Below are positions 28,634-37,298 of a stretch of DNA of 64,000 nucleotides, piece by piece (the first letter of the stretch is position 1; every line of letters starts with the position of its first letter). Position numbers and translations under genes: made by a program. Below the pieces are notes generated by a model that was not told the DNA's origin, did no database searches, and saw nothing but the letters and a program-made list of their open reading frames with translations. Origin of the DNA: an uncultured bacterium (GTDB taxonomy: Bacteria; Babelota; Babeliae; Babelales; RVW-14); assembly GCA_963759805.1 (NCBI GenBank), contig CAVXAT010000002.1:5532-69531 (forward strand). Reading direction: 5' to 3'.

Positions 28634-28950
28634 TGAAATATAAAGGCTATTTGGGCGAAGTTTCTTATGATGCAAATGCAAAAATCTTTCATGGAGAAGT
28701 TCTAGGGCTAAAAGATGTTATTACGTTTCAAGGAACAACGGTCGTTGAACTTGAAAAGGCATTTAGAGATTCAGTTGATGATTATGTAGCTTGGTGTAAA
28801 GAGCGTGGCGAAGAGCCTGAGAAAGCATTCTCTGGAAACATTCATATAAGAATCTCGCCTAACCTTCATGCAAAACTTGCACAAACCGCTATAGTGCAAG
28901 GCGTAAGTTTAAATTCTTTGATTATTGATAAATTACAAAAAAATAAATAG
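28630..28950 (+). CDS. hicB: HicB-family antitoxin with a C-terminal ribbon-helix-helix
   Basis: YKGYLGEVSYDANAKIFHGEVLGLKDVITFQGTTVVELEKAFRDSVDDYVAWCKERGEEP, then an RHH-like IRISPNLHAKLAQTAIVQGVSLNSLI. Confidence 0.8.
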   Translation: MMKYKGYLGEVSYDANAKIFHGEVLGLKDVITFQGTTVVELEKAFRDSVDDYVAWCKERGEEPEKAFSGNIHIRISPNLHAKLAQTAIVQGVSLNSLIIDKLQKNK

Positions 28951-28988
28951 ACGATATGGCGTAACACTCTTTATTTAATCGATTTCTA

Positions 28989-30293
28989 CTAACCCATCAT
29001 ATTTTCAATGTCATCAGCAGATTTGGGCAAGGCCCCACTCAGACAAACGACACCGTCATCAGCCATTGCGTAATCGTCTTCAATTCTAATCCCAATGTTC
29101 TCTGCTTGGATATAAATTCCTGGCTCGATGGTGAAGACATCGCCCGGTTGAAGCGGAATTTCGCCATTGCCAACGTCATGAACATCAAGGCCAAGAAAAT
29201 GCCCTATGCCATGCACAAAGTATTTTGAATAGCCTAACTTTTCTAAAAATTTAACGGCCTGATGGTGCAGTGATTTCTCAGGCAAATTTGGATTATTCAG
29301 ATACATTCCGGGCACGGCCAGAGATTCAATATATTTCTGTGTTTGCAACACAACATCATAAATCTCTTTCTGTCGCACGGAAAATTTTCCACCAACCGGA
29401 AAAGTCCTAGTTAAATCTGATGAGTAGTTCCCATACTCAGCACCGATATCCATAACGACCAAATCGCCGACAGCAAGCTTGTCAGTGTTGTTACAAGAGT
29501 GTAAAGTTGTTGTATTTTTACCCGTCGCAACAATGCTGGGAAATGCCGGAACTGCGCCGGCAGCCTCTTGAAAAATATACTCTATAATTGCCTGAATCTG
29601 ATACTCATACTTACCCGGCTCAATACTTTTTGCAGCAGATTGAATGGCAAGTGACGTAATTTGTGCCGCTTTATAAATCAAGTTTATTTCATGATCTTCT
29701 TTAATGCGCCTGGATTTATGAACAATGCCTGAAACATCAGCAATTGTAATTTTATAATCAGACAGCCAGGCCTGAAAGCACGAAACTAGCTGCATTTGAG
29801 TAAAATATCTTGAGTTTGTGATTGAATCCATCAATGTATAAAGAACCCCGCCAATGCCAATATTTTTCTTTATATCGGCAATAATCTCGCTGTAACGCTC
29901 AGGTGTAAAAAATGGGGCACTCGAGTAACCCTTGATTTGCGCTCCAAGATATTTAATCTGATCGACAGACAAATTTGCTTTATCGCTTTTTATGGTCAAA
30001 CCCGTTTGTACCCACTGTTCACGACTTTGACTATAAAAAGGTAGATACAAAAGATCAGTACCATTAACATCAATACCATCAAAATAGCAGCACATAACAA
30101 CTGCCGGCTCTGTTATTCCGGTTAAATAGTAAAATGATGATTCCTGTTTAAACACATGACGTGCTGATTCAAAATCTGCTATCAGCAACAACGCTCCAGC
30201 CCCACCCTTGGGGTTCAATAATTTGATCTGCTCTATAATTTTTGTTCGTCGATTTTTGAAACGATTTAATTTCTTTTCAGGCATATAAAACAT
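28989..30293 (-). CDS. pepP: Xaa-Pro aminopeptidase (M24B family)
   Basis: HGIGHFLGLDVHD, EPGIY and IRIEDD metal-ligand blocks. Start set at ATG 30293, preceded by GGGAG. The track ORF continues upstream through a GC-rich repeat to a GTG at 30413. Confidence 0.85.
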   Translation of the reverse strand: MFYMPEKKLNRFKNRRTKIIEQIKLLNPKGGAGALLLIADFESARHVFKQESSFYYLTGITEPAVVMCCYFDGIDVNGTDLLYLPFYSQSREQWVQTGLTIKSDKANLSVDQIKYLGAQIKGYSSAPFFTPERYSEIIADIKKNIGIGGVLYTLMDSITNSRYFTQMQLVSCFQAWLSDYKITIADVSGIVHKSRRIKEDHEINLIYKAAQITSLAIQSAAKSIEPGKYEYQIQAIIEYIFQEAAGAVPAFPSIVATGKNTTTLHSCNNTDKLAVGDLVVMDIGAEYGNYSSDLTRTFPVGGKFSVRQKEIYDVVLQTQKYIESLAVPGMYLNNPNLPEKSLHHQAVKFLEKLGYSKYFVHGIGHFLGLDVHDVGNGEIPLQPGDVFTIEPGIYIQAENIGIRIEDDYAMADDGVVCLSGALPKSADDIENMMG

Positions 30294-30335
30294 CTCTTCT
30301 CCCGTTTCGACTAATATCTTCTGAAACTCGCATCC

Positions 30336-30416
30336 TTCGACAGGCTCCCAGACTTCGCCCTTCCCACTCCGCTCAGGTAGCTCCGAGGGACAGGTCGTGG
30401 CTACGCCGGGCACGGC
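30336..30416 (-). repeat. 81-bp GC-rich dispersed repeat, copy A (5' of pepP)
   Basis: The reverse complement matches 41411-41491 with about 5 mismatches: GCCGTGCCCGGCGTAGCCACGACCTGTCCCTCGGAGCTACCTGAGCGGAGTGGGAAGG.CGAAG.CTGG..GCCTGTCGAA. Confidence 0.9.
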
Positions 30417-30435
30417 AGGACGAGCGCCATGAAGT

Positions 30436-30471
30436 AGGCGCGCTCGTGGTGAGCTCGTCGAACCATCACCC
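30436..30471. repeat. GC-rich dispersed repeat (GCGCTCGTGGTGAGCT.GTCGAACCATC.CCC), copy 1
   Basis: Near-identical cores at 36141-36176 and 48262-48296. Confidence 0.85.
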
Positions 30472-30488
30472 TGTGACGCGCCGGGCCT

Positions 30489-32882
30489 CTACTGCTCCCT
30501 GCGCATTATAGGCTGACGTCTAAATTTTTTAGCAAATGTACCTAGCGAATCTAACTTTAAAGCAAAAACAAATGTATGCTCTGTCGTATTATTACCATAC
30601 TCACGATATTTTTTAACCTCAATTCCAAAATATAAACCCCAACAGTGTCCGTTTATTTCCATTCTTACTCTATGAATCAAAGGGTTTAAGCCTTGTAAAT
30701 CTGCAAAATGGCAACCCTTTTCATCATAAAACTGGCCATCATAACAAAGTACTACCTCTTTGCTAATTGGAATTGCAATATTCACAAAAATAAAATGCGG
30801 AACATTTGATAAAAGCTCACGGATCCGTTGTAATAATGGGTACTGATAAAAATAACCGGCGGAGATGTTTAGCTTATCTTTAAAAATACCTAACCCTATC
30901 TGAGACTGAAGTAAACGAGCCCGACCAAACTCAACTTCTTGAGCTAAAGAAAGTTTTAAAATACTGTATCCAATACTAAAATCATAACTAAGCGGTAAAA
31001 GATGCCGTTGTCCTACTCCGCGACGCAGGTAAAAAATATCGGATTGACTATAAAAATCATACCCCTGCTCAATATTCAGATCGATATTCCAGTTTTTCCA
31101 ATTCAAATTATTGGAAATATTTCCGGACAGTTCGTTTATTGGATATGCTCGATCCCACAAATCCATGTAATACCAATTTTTTTGATAAAATTTAGGCAAG
31201 AATGTCCACTTAATTGTCGGCTGCATAAAATTAGAGCAACTAAAATCATCACTATAACTGGTGACCTCAGGCAGAGCCCATTCAGCACCATATTTTGAGT
31301 AAATTCTATAAGCTCCATTCCCCAACAGATGATCCTCGATAACATTTTTTTTATGAATATCTTTTGAGAAAGTGTTACTTCTAAACTGAACTTGCGGTTC
31401 AGCAAAAAGCCTAATGTTGCTATTTTTTAAATTAATGCGCGAATGAAGATTCCCCTTATATCCAGCCCTGAATACATCATGCTTTTTAGGAGGAATCAAC
31501 AACGATTCATTAATCATTCTTGAATTTACAAAGATACGCCCTATCTTAATTTGGCTACAAGAGATCTCATCAAAAAACAGGTCATGCCGATAAAATAATG
31601 TATTATATAGGCTCCAGTTGGAAGCATTCCACTCAAAATGAGGTAGCTTTACCGTGTTAAACCTATCTTCAATCTCTTTTTTTGTAACAAAATCATCATT
31701 AAACTCAATAACTTTTTCTTTATGATCATTAGCGAATTTTTTAGCAAAAACAATCTCCTCCCGAGTAAGATTTAAAAATTGCTTACGACTTGTACGCTCT
31801 TGATCCCATTTTAATTCAACCAAATGCTTACTGGATAACCCCCTAAAAATAACCGAATTAAAGAATGTGTCATCAACCTCTTCAATGTTATTATAAAAGT
31901 AGTATCCAATCTGTTTATCCGTACCAAAATCTGCACGGATAAGACTTCTAAAATCAAAATTTCCAAGATGCGTCAGATATGTAAAATCCTTACCCTGAAT
32001 CCAATACCTATGCTCTGTTTTTGGAACAATATTGTCATTTTCTAAGGCATACGAATCGTTGACTACGGCGTACTGCCCATAGGCAGTTGTAAATGAATCG
32101 GGAGACCGCGCCCATCTAAATTCATCTGAAAATACACAGCCTCTTCGCGTTTTAAAATCTAAGCCAAACGTAGTATCACAATGTCGATTGATATATTTGT
32201 AATACTCTACTTTCACGCCAAAACCAAGACTATAATCAAATGAAAATTTTGGAATTAAAAAACCTGACTTTGAACGGCCCTGAATTGGCAAAGCCATCCT
32301 TGGCACATAAAAAACCGGAATTCCACCTGTTTTGAAAAGAATATTCGACGCATCTATGAAATAACTTCCGTGTATAACAGCCTTTGTCGCACTAAAATAC
32401 CAGTGTAAATCCTCTTGATCACAAGCCGAAAACAGAATATCTTCCATTCGCCAGTTAAAATCATTAAGTTTTTGTGCCCTCTTCGCAGAAATATACCCTT
32501 CATCCATATGAATTTTTATATTCTCGGCATAACCTGTTTTATTTTCAAGATTCAAAAGAATATAATCAGTTAAAATTACAAAATCATTATTTTCAATTTT
32601 TACCGGACCACATTCAGACATCTTTGCAATCAGTGTCTGCTCCTTACGATCTATCTCTACCCTGTCAGCAGACAAACGAAATTTTTGATCTATGATCGCA
32701 TCGACGGCGCCTTCAAAAATGATTCTGTTCTCATCAATAACCGTCTGTTTTAAACTGTTTACGCGCAAAAATTTACCGGACGTTGAGGATTTTATAGCGG
32801 CATTTAAATTAAAAGAAAAAAATGTAAGAATAAGCAGCAAACCCGCTTGTCGCAAATAACTTTTAAGCATATTCAAAATCAA
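30489..32882 (-). CDS. lptD: LPS-assembly outer-membrane protein LptD/OstA-like
   Basis: Signal peptide, an OstA-like N-terminal beta-jellyroll region (LSADRVEIDRKEQTLIA...GYISAKRAQ) and a ~600-aa aromatic-rich beta-barrel-like remainder. Family assignment rests on overall pattern only. Confidence 0.65.
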   Translation of the reverse strand: MILNMLKSYLRQAGLLLILTFFSFNLNAAIKSSTSGKFLRVNSLKQTVIDENRIIFEGAVDAIIDQKFRLSADRVEIDRKEQTLIAKMSECGPVKIENNDFVILTDYILLNLENKTGYAENIKIHMDEGYISAKRAQKLNDFNWRMEDILFSACDQEDLHWYFSATKAVIHGSYFIDASNILFKTGGIPVFYVPRMALPIQGRSKSGFLIPKFSFDYSLGFGVKVEYYKYINRHCDTTFGLDFKTRRGCVFSDEFRWARSPDSFTTAYGQYAVVNDSYALENDNIVPKTEHRYWIQGKDFTYLTHLGNFDFRSLIRADFGTDKQIGYYFYNNIEEVDDTFFNSVIFRGLSSKHLVELKWDQERTSRKQFLNLTREEIVFAKKFANDHKEKVIEFNDDFVTKKEIEDRFNTVKLPHFEWNASNWSLYNTLFYRHDLFFDEISCSQIKIGRIFVNSRMINESLLIPPKKHDVFRAGYKGNLHSRINLKNSNIRLFAEPQVQFRSNTFSKDIHKKNVIEDHLLGNGAYRIYSKYGAEWALPEVTSYSDDFSCSNFMQPTIKWTFLPKFYQKNWYYMDLWDRAYPINELSGNISNNLNWKNWNIDLNIEQGYDFYSQSDIFYLRRGVGQRHLLPLSYDFSIGYSILKLSLAQEVEFGRARLLQSQIGLGIFKDKLNISAGYFYQYPLLQRIRELLSNVPHFIFVNIAIPISKEVVLCYDGQFYDEKGCHFADLQGLNPLIHRVRMEINGHCWGLYFGIEVKKYREYGNNTTEHTFVFALKLDSLGTFAKKFRRQPIMRREQ

Positions 32883-33493
32883 AATGGTCTTCTGCCTGTT
32901 AAAGCCTTGGAAATCGTAACGCGATCCATATATTCAAGATTTGATCCAATCGGCACACCACTTGCCAACCGAGAGACAGGAAGCGATAAATCTTTTATCT
33001 TTGAAAAAATGTAGCTTGCTGTCGCCTCCCCTTCAGGGGTTGGATTAGTTGCAAAAATCAGCTCGTTAACCGTTTTTGTTCTTAATCGCTTAACCAATGA
33101 ATCAATCGTTAGATTATCCGGCCCAATACCCTCAAGAGGACAAAGCGCCCCACCCAAAACATGATACACTCCATTAAATCCACCGCTATTTTCGATAGCG
33201 AAGAGATCATGCAGCGTTTCAACAACGCAAACAGTTTGTTTATCGCGCTTTGCTGAAGAGCAAATCGAACAAAGCGCATCACTATCTTCTGCCTTTTCTG
33301 TCAAATTAAAACAATCTTTGCAAAATTTAACCGAAGCCTTTACGTCAATTAATGTCTGACAAAATTGCTCAATACTTTTTTTGTCATTCATCAAAAAGTA
33401 GACAGCCACCCTGTAAACGTTTTTTGAAGCCAAGAATGGCACTCTTTGTAACTGACGGATAAGCCTTTGAAATGTCGGTAAATCTGCAAACAT
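32879..33493 (-). CDS. recR: Recombination protein RecR
   Basis: HhH N-terminus, Cys4 zinc finger (CKDC...CSIC), and Toprim (VCVVE...D, GVYHVLGG, EGEATA). Confidence 0.93.
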   Translation of the reverse strand: MFADLPTFQRLIRQLQRVPFLASKNVYRVAVYFLMNDKKSIEQFCQTLIDVKASVKFCKDCFNLTEKAEDSDALCSICSSAKRDKQTVCVVETLHDLFAIENSGGFNGVYHVLGGALCPLEGIGPDNLTIDSLVKRLRTKTVNELIFATNPTPEGEATASYIFSKIKDLSLPVSRLASGVPIGSNLEYMDRVTISKALTGRRPF

Positions 33494-33521
33494 GCAAAGC
33501 CTATTTTAATATCTTGATAAT

Positions 33522-35270
33522 TTAATGGCTCAATACATATTTTCTGAAATAATCTTCCACTAACGTCAGAATATTATTCATGGTCCAGTATAAAACCAGC
33601 CCAACCGGAAAATTTGCAAAAAGAGCTGTCATAACAATAGAAACGAAGTACATCATTATCTTCTGTTTTTCATCGCTTGATGGAGTCATAGCCTGTTGCC
33701 AAATCATTGTAATTCCCATTAACACAGGAATAACGTAATATGGATCCTTGGCTGAAAGGTCCATAATCCATCCAAAAAATGGTGCCTGATAAAGATCAAG
33801 ATAGTTTCCCAAAACACGATACAATGCAAATAAGATAGGCATCTGTATCAATAAAGGTAAGCAGCCAAGCAGCGGAGTCGCTGTCGATAAATTATGATCT
33901 GCATGGAACTTCATCAACTCCTGATTCTGCATCTTCAAATCCTGTTTATACTTTTGACGAATGCGCTGAATTGTTGGTTGAAAGCGTTGGTACTCTTCCA
34001 TCTTTCTTCTACTAAAAATTGAAAGCGGAACAAATGGGAGACGAAGTAAAATGGTCATGACAACAATTGCCCAACCATAATTTCCAATCAGCCCAAATAA
34101 CCAATAAAGCAGTTTAAGAAGCAGCTTGCACAACCAAGAAAGCCACCCGAAAGCTAATAAATCAACCAAGCGACTATCAACAACCGACATGGATTCCAAA
34201 ACCTTTGGACCAATATAAAAAGATACATTAAAACTCTTTGCCTCTGTCAACTCCGGGCCTTCAAATATCGTTATAACCTTCTTGGTATCAGTCCGTTTGA
34301 CATAGGCACGTTGAACAAACTTTGCAGGATCATTGACCATGCCATGAGCAAAATATTTATCTTCAGATCCAAACATAACTTTTGGGGTAACCCAATGCCA
34401 TGCCAAATCTTGGGTTGCCTTCAGATCAATCTTCTCAACCGACTCTTTTGATTCATTAAACACAAAAACATTTATTGTATCATTTTCAATTTCACTGACA
34501 CATGGCGAACTAACTAAAATTCTTGCACGGATGGGGAGCAATTCATCTGTCTTGCGTGGTTCAAAATTAACGGTCAAATCAATTTTGTAACTATCTTGAT
34601 AAAGTGAATAAATCTTGCGAATAGTCCAAAATTCGGTTTCAATTTGATATGCCACTTCCACAACATCGTGCTGATCAATTTTTTTATCCTGTTTATGCAA
34701 AAATTGATATTTAAATGGCGTATTCTCTTCAAGAGCTAATAAGAAACAACCGTTCTCACGATTATCTTTTCCAGCGGCTGACTTTTCACCAGCGACTTTT
34801 TCACCAGAAGCCTTTTCACCAACGGCGCCACCATCTTTACCAACGCTCTTGCCCGCATCTTTACCCTCACATTTATTGCCATCTTTATCAGCATCTCTTG
34901 AAATAGTTTTTAATGGCGAGCCGTTTTTGCCTTTATGATCGTTCAGTTCAAATTCCGCCAAAACTGCACCATAATTTGAAAAAACTGCTTTGTACTTTGG
35001 CATCTGCACATCAGTTAAAACTTCTGCCTCTTCATCCCGAGATCCATCTCGTACAGATCCATCTCGTTTTTCTTCAAACTTAACCTGCATATTCAACGGA
35101 CGGTAAAGCTCCTGAACTGCCGCGACCTTTATTGGCTGACCTGCGACGGGAGCTTGAACCGTTTCAACAGATGAAGGTTTTTGAGCAACTTTTCCACTGA
35201 AAAAATACTGCAAGCCCAAAACTGTTAATAATGAAAGCGATAATGCTATAAAAAACTTTTTGTCTATCAT
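33522..35270 (-). CDS. yidC: Membrane protein insertase YidC
   Basis: N-terminal TM segment, a large periplasmic domain, and the conserved C-terminal core (NYGWAIVVMTILLRLPF, PLLGCLPLLIQMPILFALY). Contains Gly/Lys/Glu-rich repeat insertions. Confidence 0.92.
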   Translation of the reverse strand: MIDKKFFIALSLSLLTVLGLQYFFSGKVAQKPSSVETVQAPVAGQPIKVAAVQELYRPLNMQVKFEEKRDGSVRDGSRDEEAEVLTDVQMPKYKAVFSNYGAVLAEFELNDHKGKNGSPLKTISRDADKDGNKCEGKDAGKSVGKDGGAVGEKASGEKVAGEKSAAGKDNRENGCFLLALEENTPFKYQFLHKQDKKIDQHDVVEVAYQIETEFWTIRKIYSLYQDSYKIDLTVNFEPRKTDELLPIRARILVSSPCVSEIENDTINVFVFNESKESVEKIDLKATQDLAWHWVTPKVMFGSEDKYFAHGMVNDPAKFVQRAYVKRTDTKKVITIFEGPELTEAKSFNVSFYIGPKVLESMSVVDSRLVDLLAFGWLSWLCKLLLKLLYWLFGLIGNYGWAIVVMTILLRLPFVPLSIFSRRKMEEYQRFQPTIQRIRQKYKQDLKMQNQELMKFHADHNLSTATPLLGCLPLLIQMPILFALYRVLGNYLDLYQAPFFGWIMDLSAKDPYYVIPVLMGITMIWQQAMTPSSDEKQKIMMYFVSIVMTALFANFPVGLVLYWTMNNILTLVEDYFRKYVLSH

Positions 35271-35425
35271 GACTTGTCCTTACCTTAATTTTTAACAAGA
35301 CCTTAAATTATAAGCACACTAATTTTAACGAGAAAACTAAATTTTAACAGAGAATAGCCCATCAAGCTAGCCCTGATTTCAAACCATTCGGTTTTCAAGT
35401 CTTCGACTTTATACCATTAGACTTT

Positions 35426-36277
35426 TCAAACCAACCCACCCAATCCCCGAACAATAGCCTCCAAAACGACGTGCCAGTCATCATCCTGGTTAACTCCAAC
35501 CTCAATCAAAAGGGCTGGGGCAACAATTCCACACAACGGTTTGAGCGGAATGCCGTAAAAACCCCCAAAATCAAATATTTTCTGGTTGTCTGCCCCTGAA
35601 AGTGCATTTGACAACTGTTGACCAATATTTTTTGTTCTGAAAATACTAACTTGATGCGCCTGCAAAACCGATATCATTTTAAGAGATGGGAATGTCCTGT
35701 CAACAAAATCGCCAACAGGGTCTGCCACATGCTGGTAAACATAGACCTTTGGCCTAACTGACTCTAATTTAAAAAGATGGACACTTATGAATAGATCTAC
35801 GTTTAAACGGTTGGCAAACGAGGCATTCTGAAAATCGACTATCTTTTCCCCGGGTACACGGGTCAAAACAACCCTGAAATCATACGCTCGTTCAAAAGCA
35901 CTTTGAAGCTCTTGGGCAAACCTAAACGTCGCGGCACGCTCAAAACCACTCAAGCTACGCCCCGGATCCCCCGCATGTCCGGCGGGATTGATCATAATGA
36001 CCTTCTTTGCACCCTTGAGAGAAGGATCAAGAAAGGGGGCATTAGCGTAAGCCATAAAATTAGTTGCGAAAGTAGACAACCCCGCCATCAAAGTTAATGT
36101 GATTAAAAATAGTCTTCTTGCACAACTTGGAATTTTAAAAAGGCGCGCTCGTGGTGAGCTTGTCGAACCATCGCCCGGCTTGTCCGTCGTAGCTCGAAGA
36201 GCGAAGTCGGAAGGGCGACGGGCCTGGTCATGCAAGAGATCTATTAGTCTGATTAAAGCTGATTTAAATATCTTCAT
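35426..36277 (-). CDS. N-acetylmuramoyl-L-alanine amidase-like protein (Amidase_3-like)
   Basis: VIMINPAGHAGDPGRS...RFAQELQ...VVLTRVPGE...FANRLNVDLFISVHLF follows the Amidase_3 pattern. The start is uncertain: the N-terminal 45 codons include a GC-rich repeat in frame, and the alternative start is ATG 36088. Confidence 0.6.
   Translation of the reverse strand: MKIFKSALIRLIDLLHDQARRPSDFALRATTDKPGDGSTSSPRARLFKIPSCARRLFLITLTLMAGLSTFATNFMAYANAPFLDPSLKGAKKVIMINPAGHAGDPGRSLSGFERAATFRFAQELQSAFERAYDFRVVLTRVPGEKIVDFQNASFANRLNVDLFISVHLFKLESVRPKVYVYQHVADPVGDFVDRTFPSLKMISVLQAHQVSIFRTKNIGQQLSNALSGADNQKIFDFGGFYGIPLKPLCGIVAPALLIEVGVNQDDDWHVVLEAIVRGLGGLV
36141..36237. repeat. Composite GC-rich repeat: copy 2 of the GCGCTCGTGGTGAGCTTGTCGAACCATCGCCC unit, with a degenerate copy of the 81-bp repeat nested in its TCGCCC...GGGCGA hairpin loop
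   Basis: 36141-36176 matches 30436-30471 and 48262-48296. 36177-36222 (GGCTTGTCCGTCGTAGCTCGAAGAGCGAAGTCGGAAGG) resembles CCTGTCCCTCGGAGCTACCTGAGCGGAGTGGGAAGG from 41431-41468. Confidence 0.75.
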
Positions 36278-36365
36278 GCTGTCATTCTAGCCTAAAACAA
36301 GTATCTTTACAAATTTGGCAAAAGAAAAACCCCCGGTTTTTCAACTAGGGGCTTAAATTCTGTTC

Positions 36366-37049
36366 TTATTTTGGACAACAATTCGGATGTGTTCCACGTG
36401 GACCGCATACTCGATCTTTAAAATCATATTTATTACGATCATAACCAAAGCCGAGACAACCGTCTGTCTGTCCAGGTTTTGCAAGTGGAGAATGATGCAT
36501 AACGTCAGGTACCCAACTTAATATATACTTCACTAATACAAAAGGCGCATATAAAATGTCAGTCCGTCCGTAAAACCATAATACTACCAAGCTAACTCCT
36601 CCTACCATAATAGCCGTACTTACAAGAGCAACTGGTCCGTGAGCAAGATATTTTATCGCTTTCCAAAAATTATTGGGACCTTCTTTTAAATCACCTATTA
36701 AAGAATTTTCTTCTTTCTTTTCTGGCTTTTCTGTTAATTTTTTTAATAACTCAATTTGAGCTTTACCAAGCTCAATTTCATTTTTGAGTCTAACAACTTT
36801 TGCAATATCATCTGCAGACAAATTAGGATTCGAAGAAGCAGAGCGGAAAAACTCAGTTGCTTCCATTATTTTTTTATTTTCACCATCACTTAAAACCACG
36901 ACCGGAATAGGGTCATTGATAGATGCTTGAACCTCATCTTTTTTAACCATCGCAAAAAGATATATGGAATCTGTTAATGCATAACTCATTGCAAGACAAG
37001 CAAAACTCAAAATTAAAACTTTACCCTTAAAAGTATATATGTTAATCAT
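36366..37049 (-). CDS. Hypothetical membrane protein, family 'A' (paralogue of 38608-39444)
   Basis: Start at ATG 37049, preceded by GGGGGGA. It has an N-terminal TM segment, the motif PVVVLSDGENKKIMEATEFF (compare PVVMMSDGKESKVVPMEEFL in the paralogue), a second TM segment and a Cys-rich C-terminus. Confidence 0.6.
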   Translation of the reverse strand: MINIYTFKGKVLILSFACLAMSYALTDSIYLFAMVKKDEVQASINDPIPVVVLSDGENKKIMEATEFFRSASSNPNLSADDIAKVVRLKNEIELGKAQIELLKKLTEKPEKKEENSLIGDLKEGPNNFWKAIKYLAHGPVALVSTAIMVGGVSLVVLWFYGRTDILYAPFVLVKYILSWVPDVMHHSPLAKPGQTDGCLGFGYDRNKYDFKDRVCGPRGTHPNCCPK

Positions 37050-37231
37050 AAAAATCCCCCCGAAAATTAACCCTAAATCTCTCAAATATGCGATATCTAA
37101 AGCTACCTTACTCACCCACTTGTACTCTATTTTCATCTTACAAGAAAGGCGTAATTTTGCAACAGGCACGCAAAACCAAACAATAATCAAAACAAGCAAA
37201 ATCCCATTATTAATTTCAAATATAAAAAACC

Positions 37232-37298
37232 AAAATTGATTCTAGGCCTAGAGGCCACGACTTGGACGTCATCAGCCCCCAGCGCTAGAATCAATTTT
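37232..37298 (-). terminator. Long hairpin abutting the stop of 37299-38420: 14-bp perfect stem with a GC-rich 39-nt loop
   Basis: AAAATTGATTCTAG (37232-37245) pairs with CTAGAATCAATTTT (37285-37298). The loop GCCTAGAGGCCACGACTTGGACGTCATCAGCCCCCAGCG is GC-rich and contains GCCACGAC, as in the 81-bp repeat. A U-rich tract follows on the minus strand. Confidence 0.5.

Noticed and set aside
30294-30413. 40-codon N-terminal extension of pepP starting at GTG inside the 81-bp repeat
   Set aside because: A good SD (GGGAG) precedes the internal ATG at 30293, and the extension is encoded by the repeat element. It is probably untranslated, though the open frame is noted in the findings.
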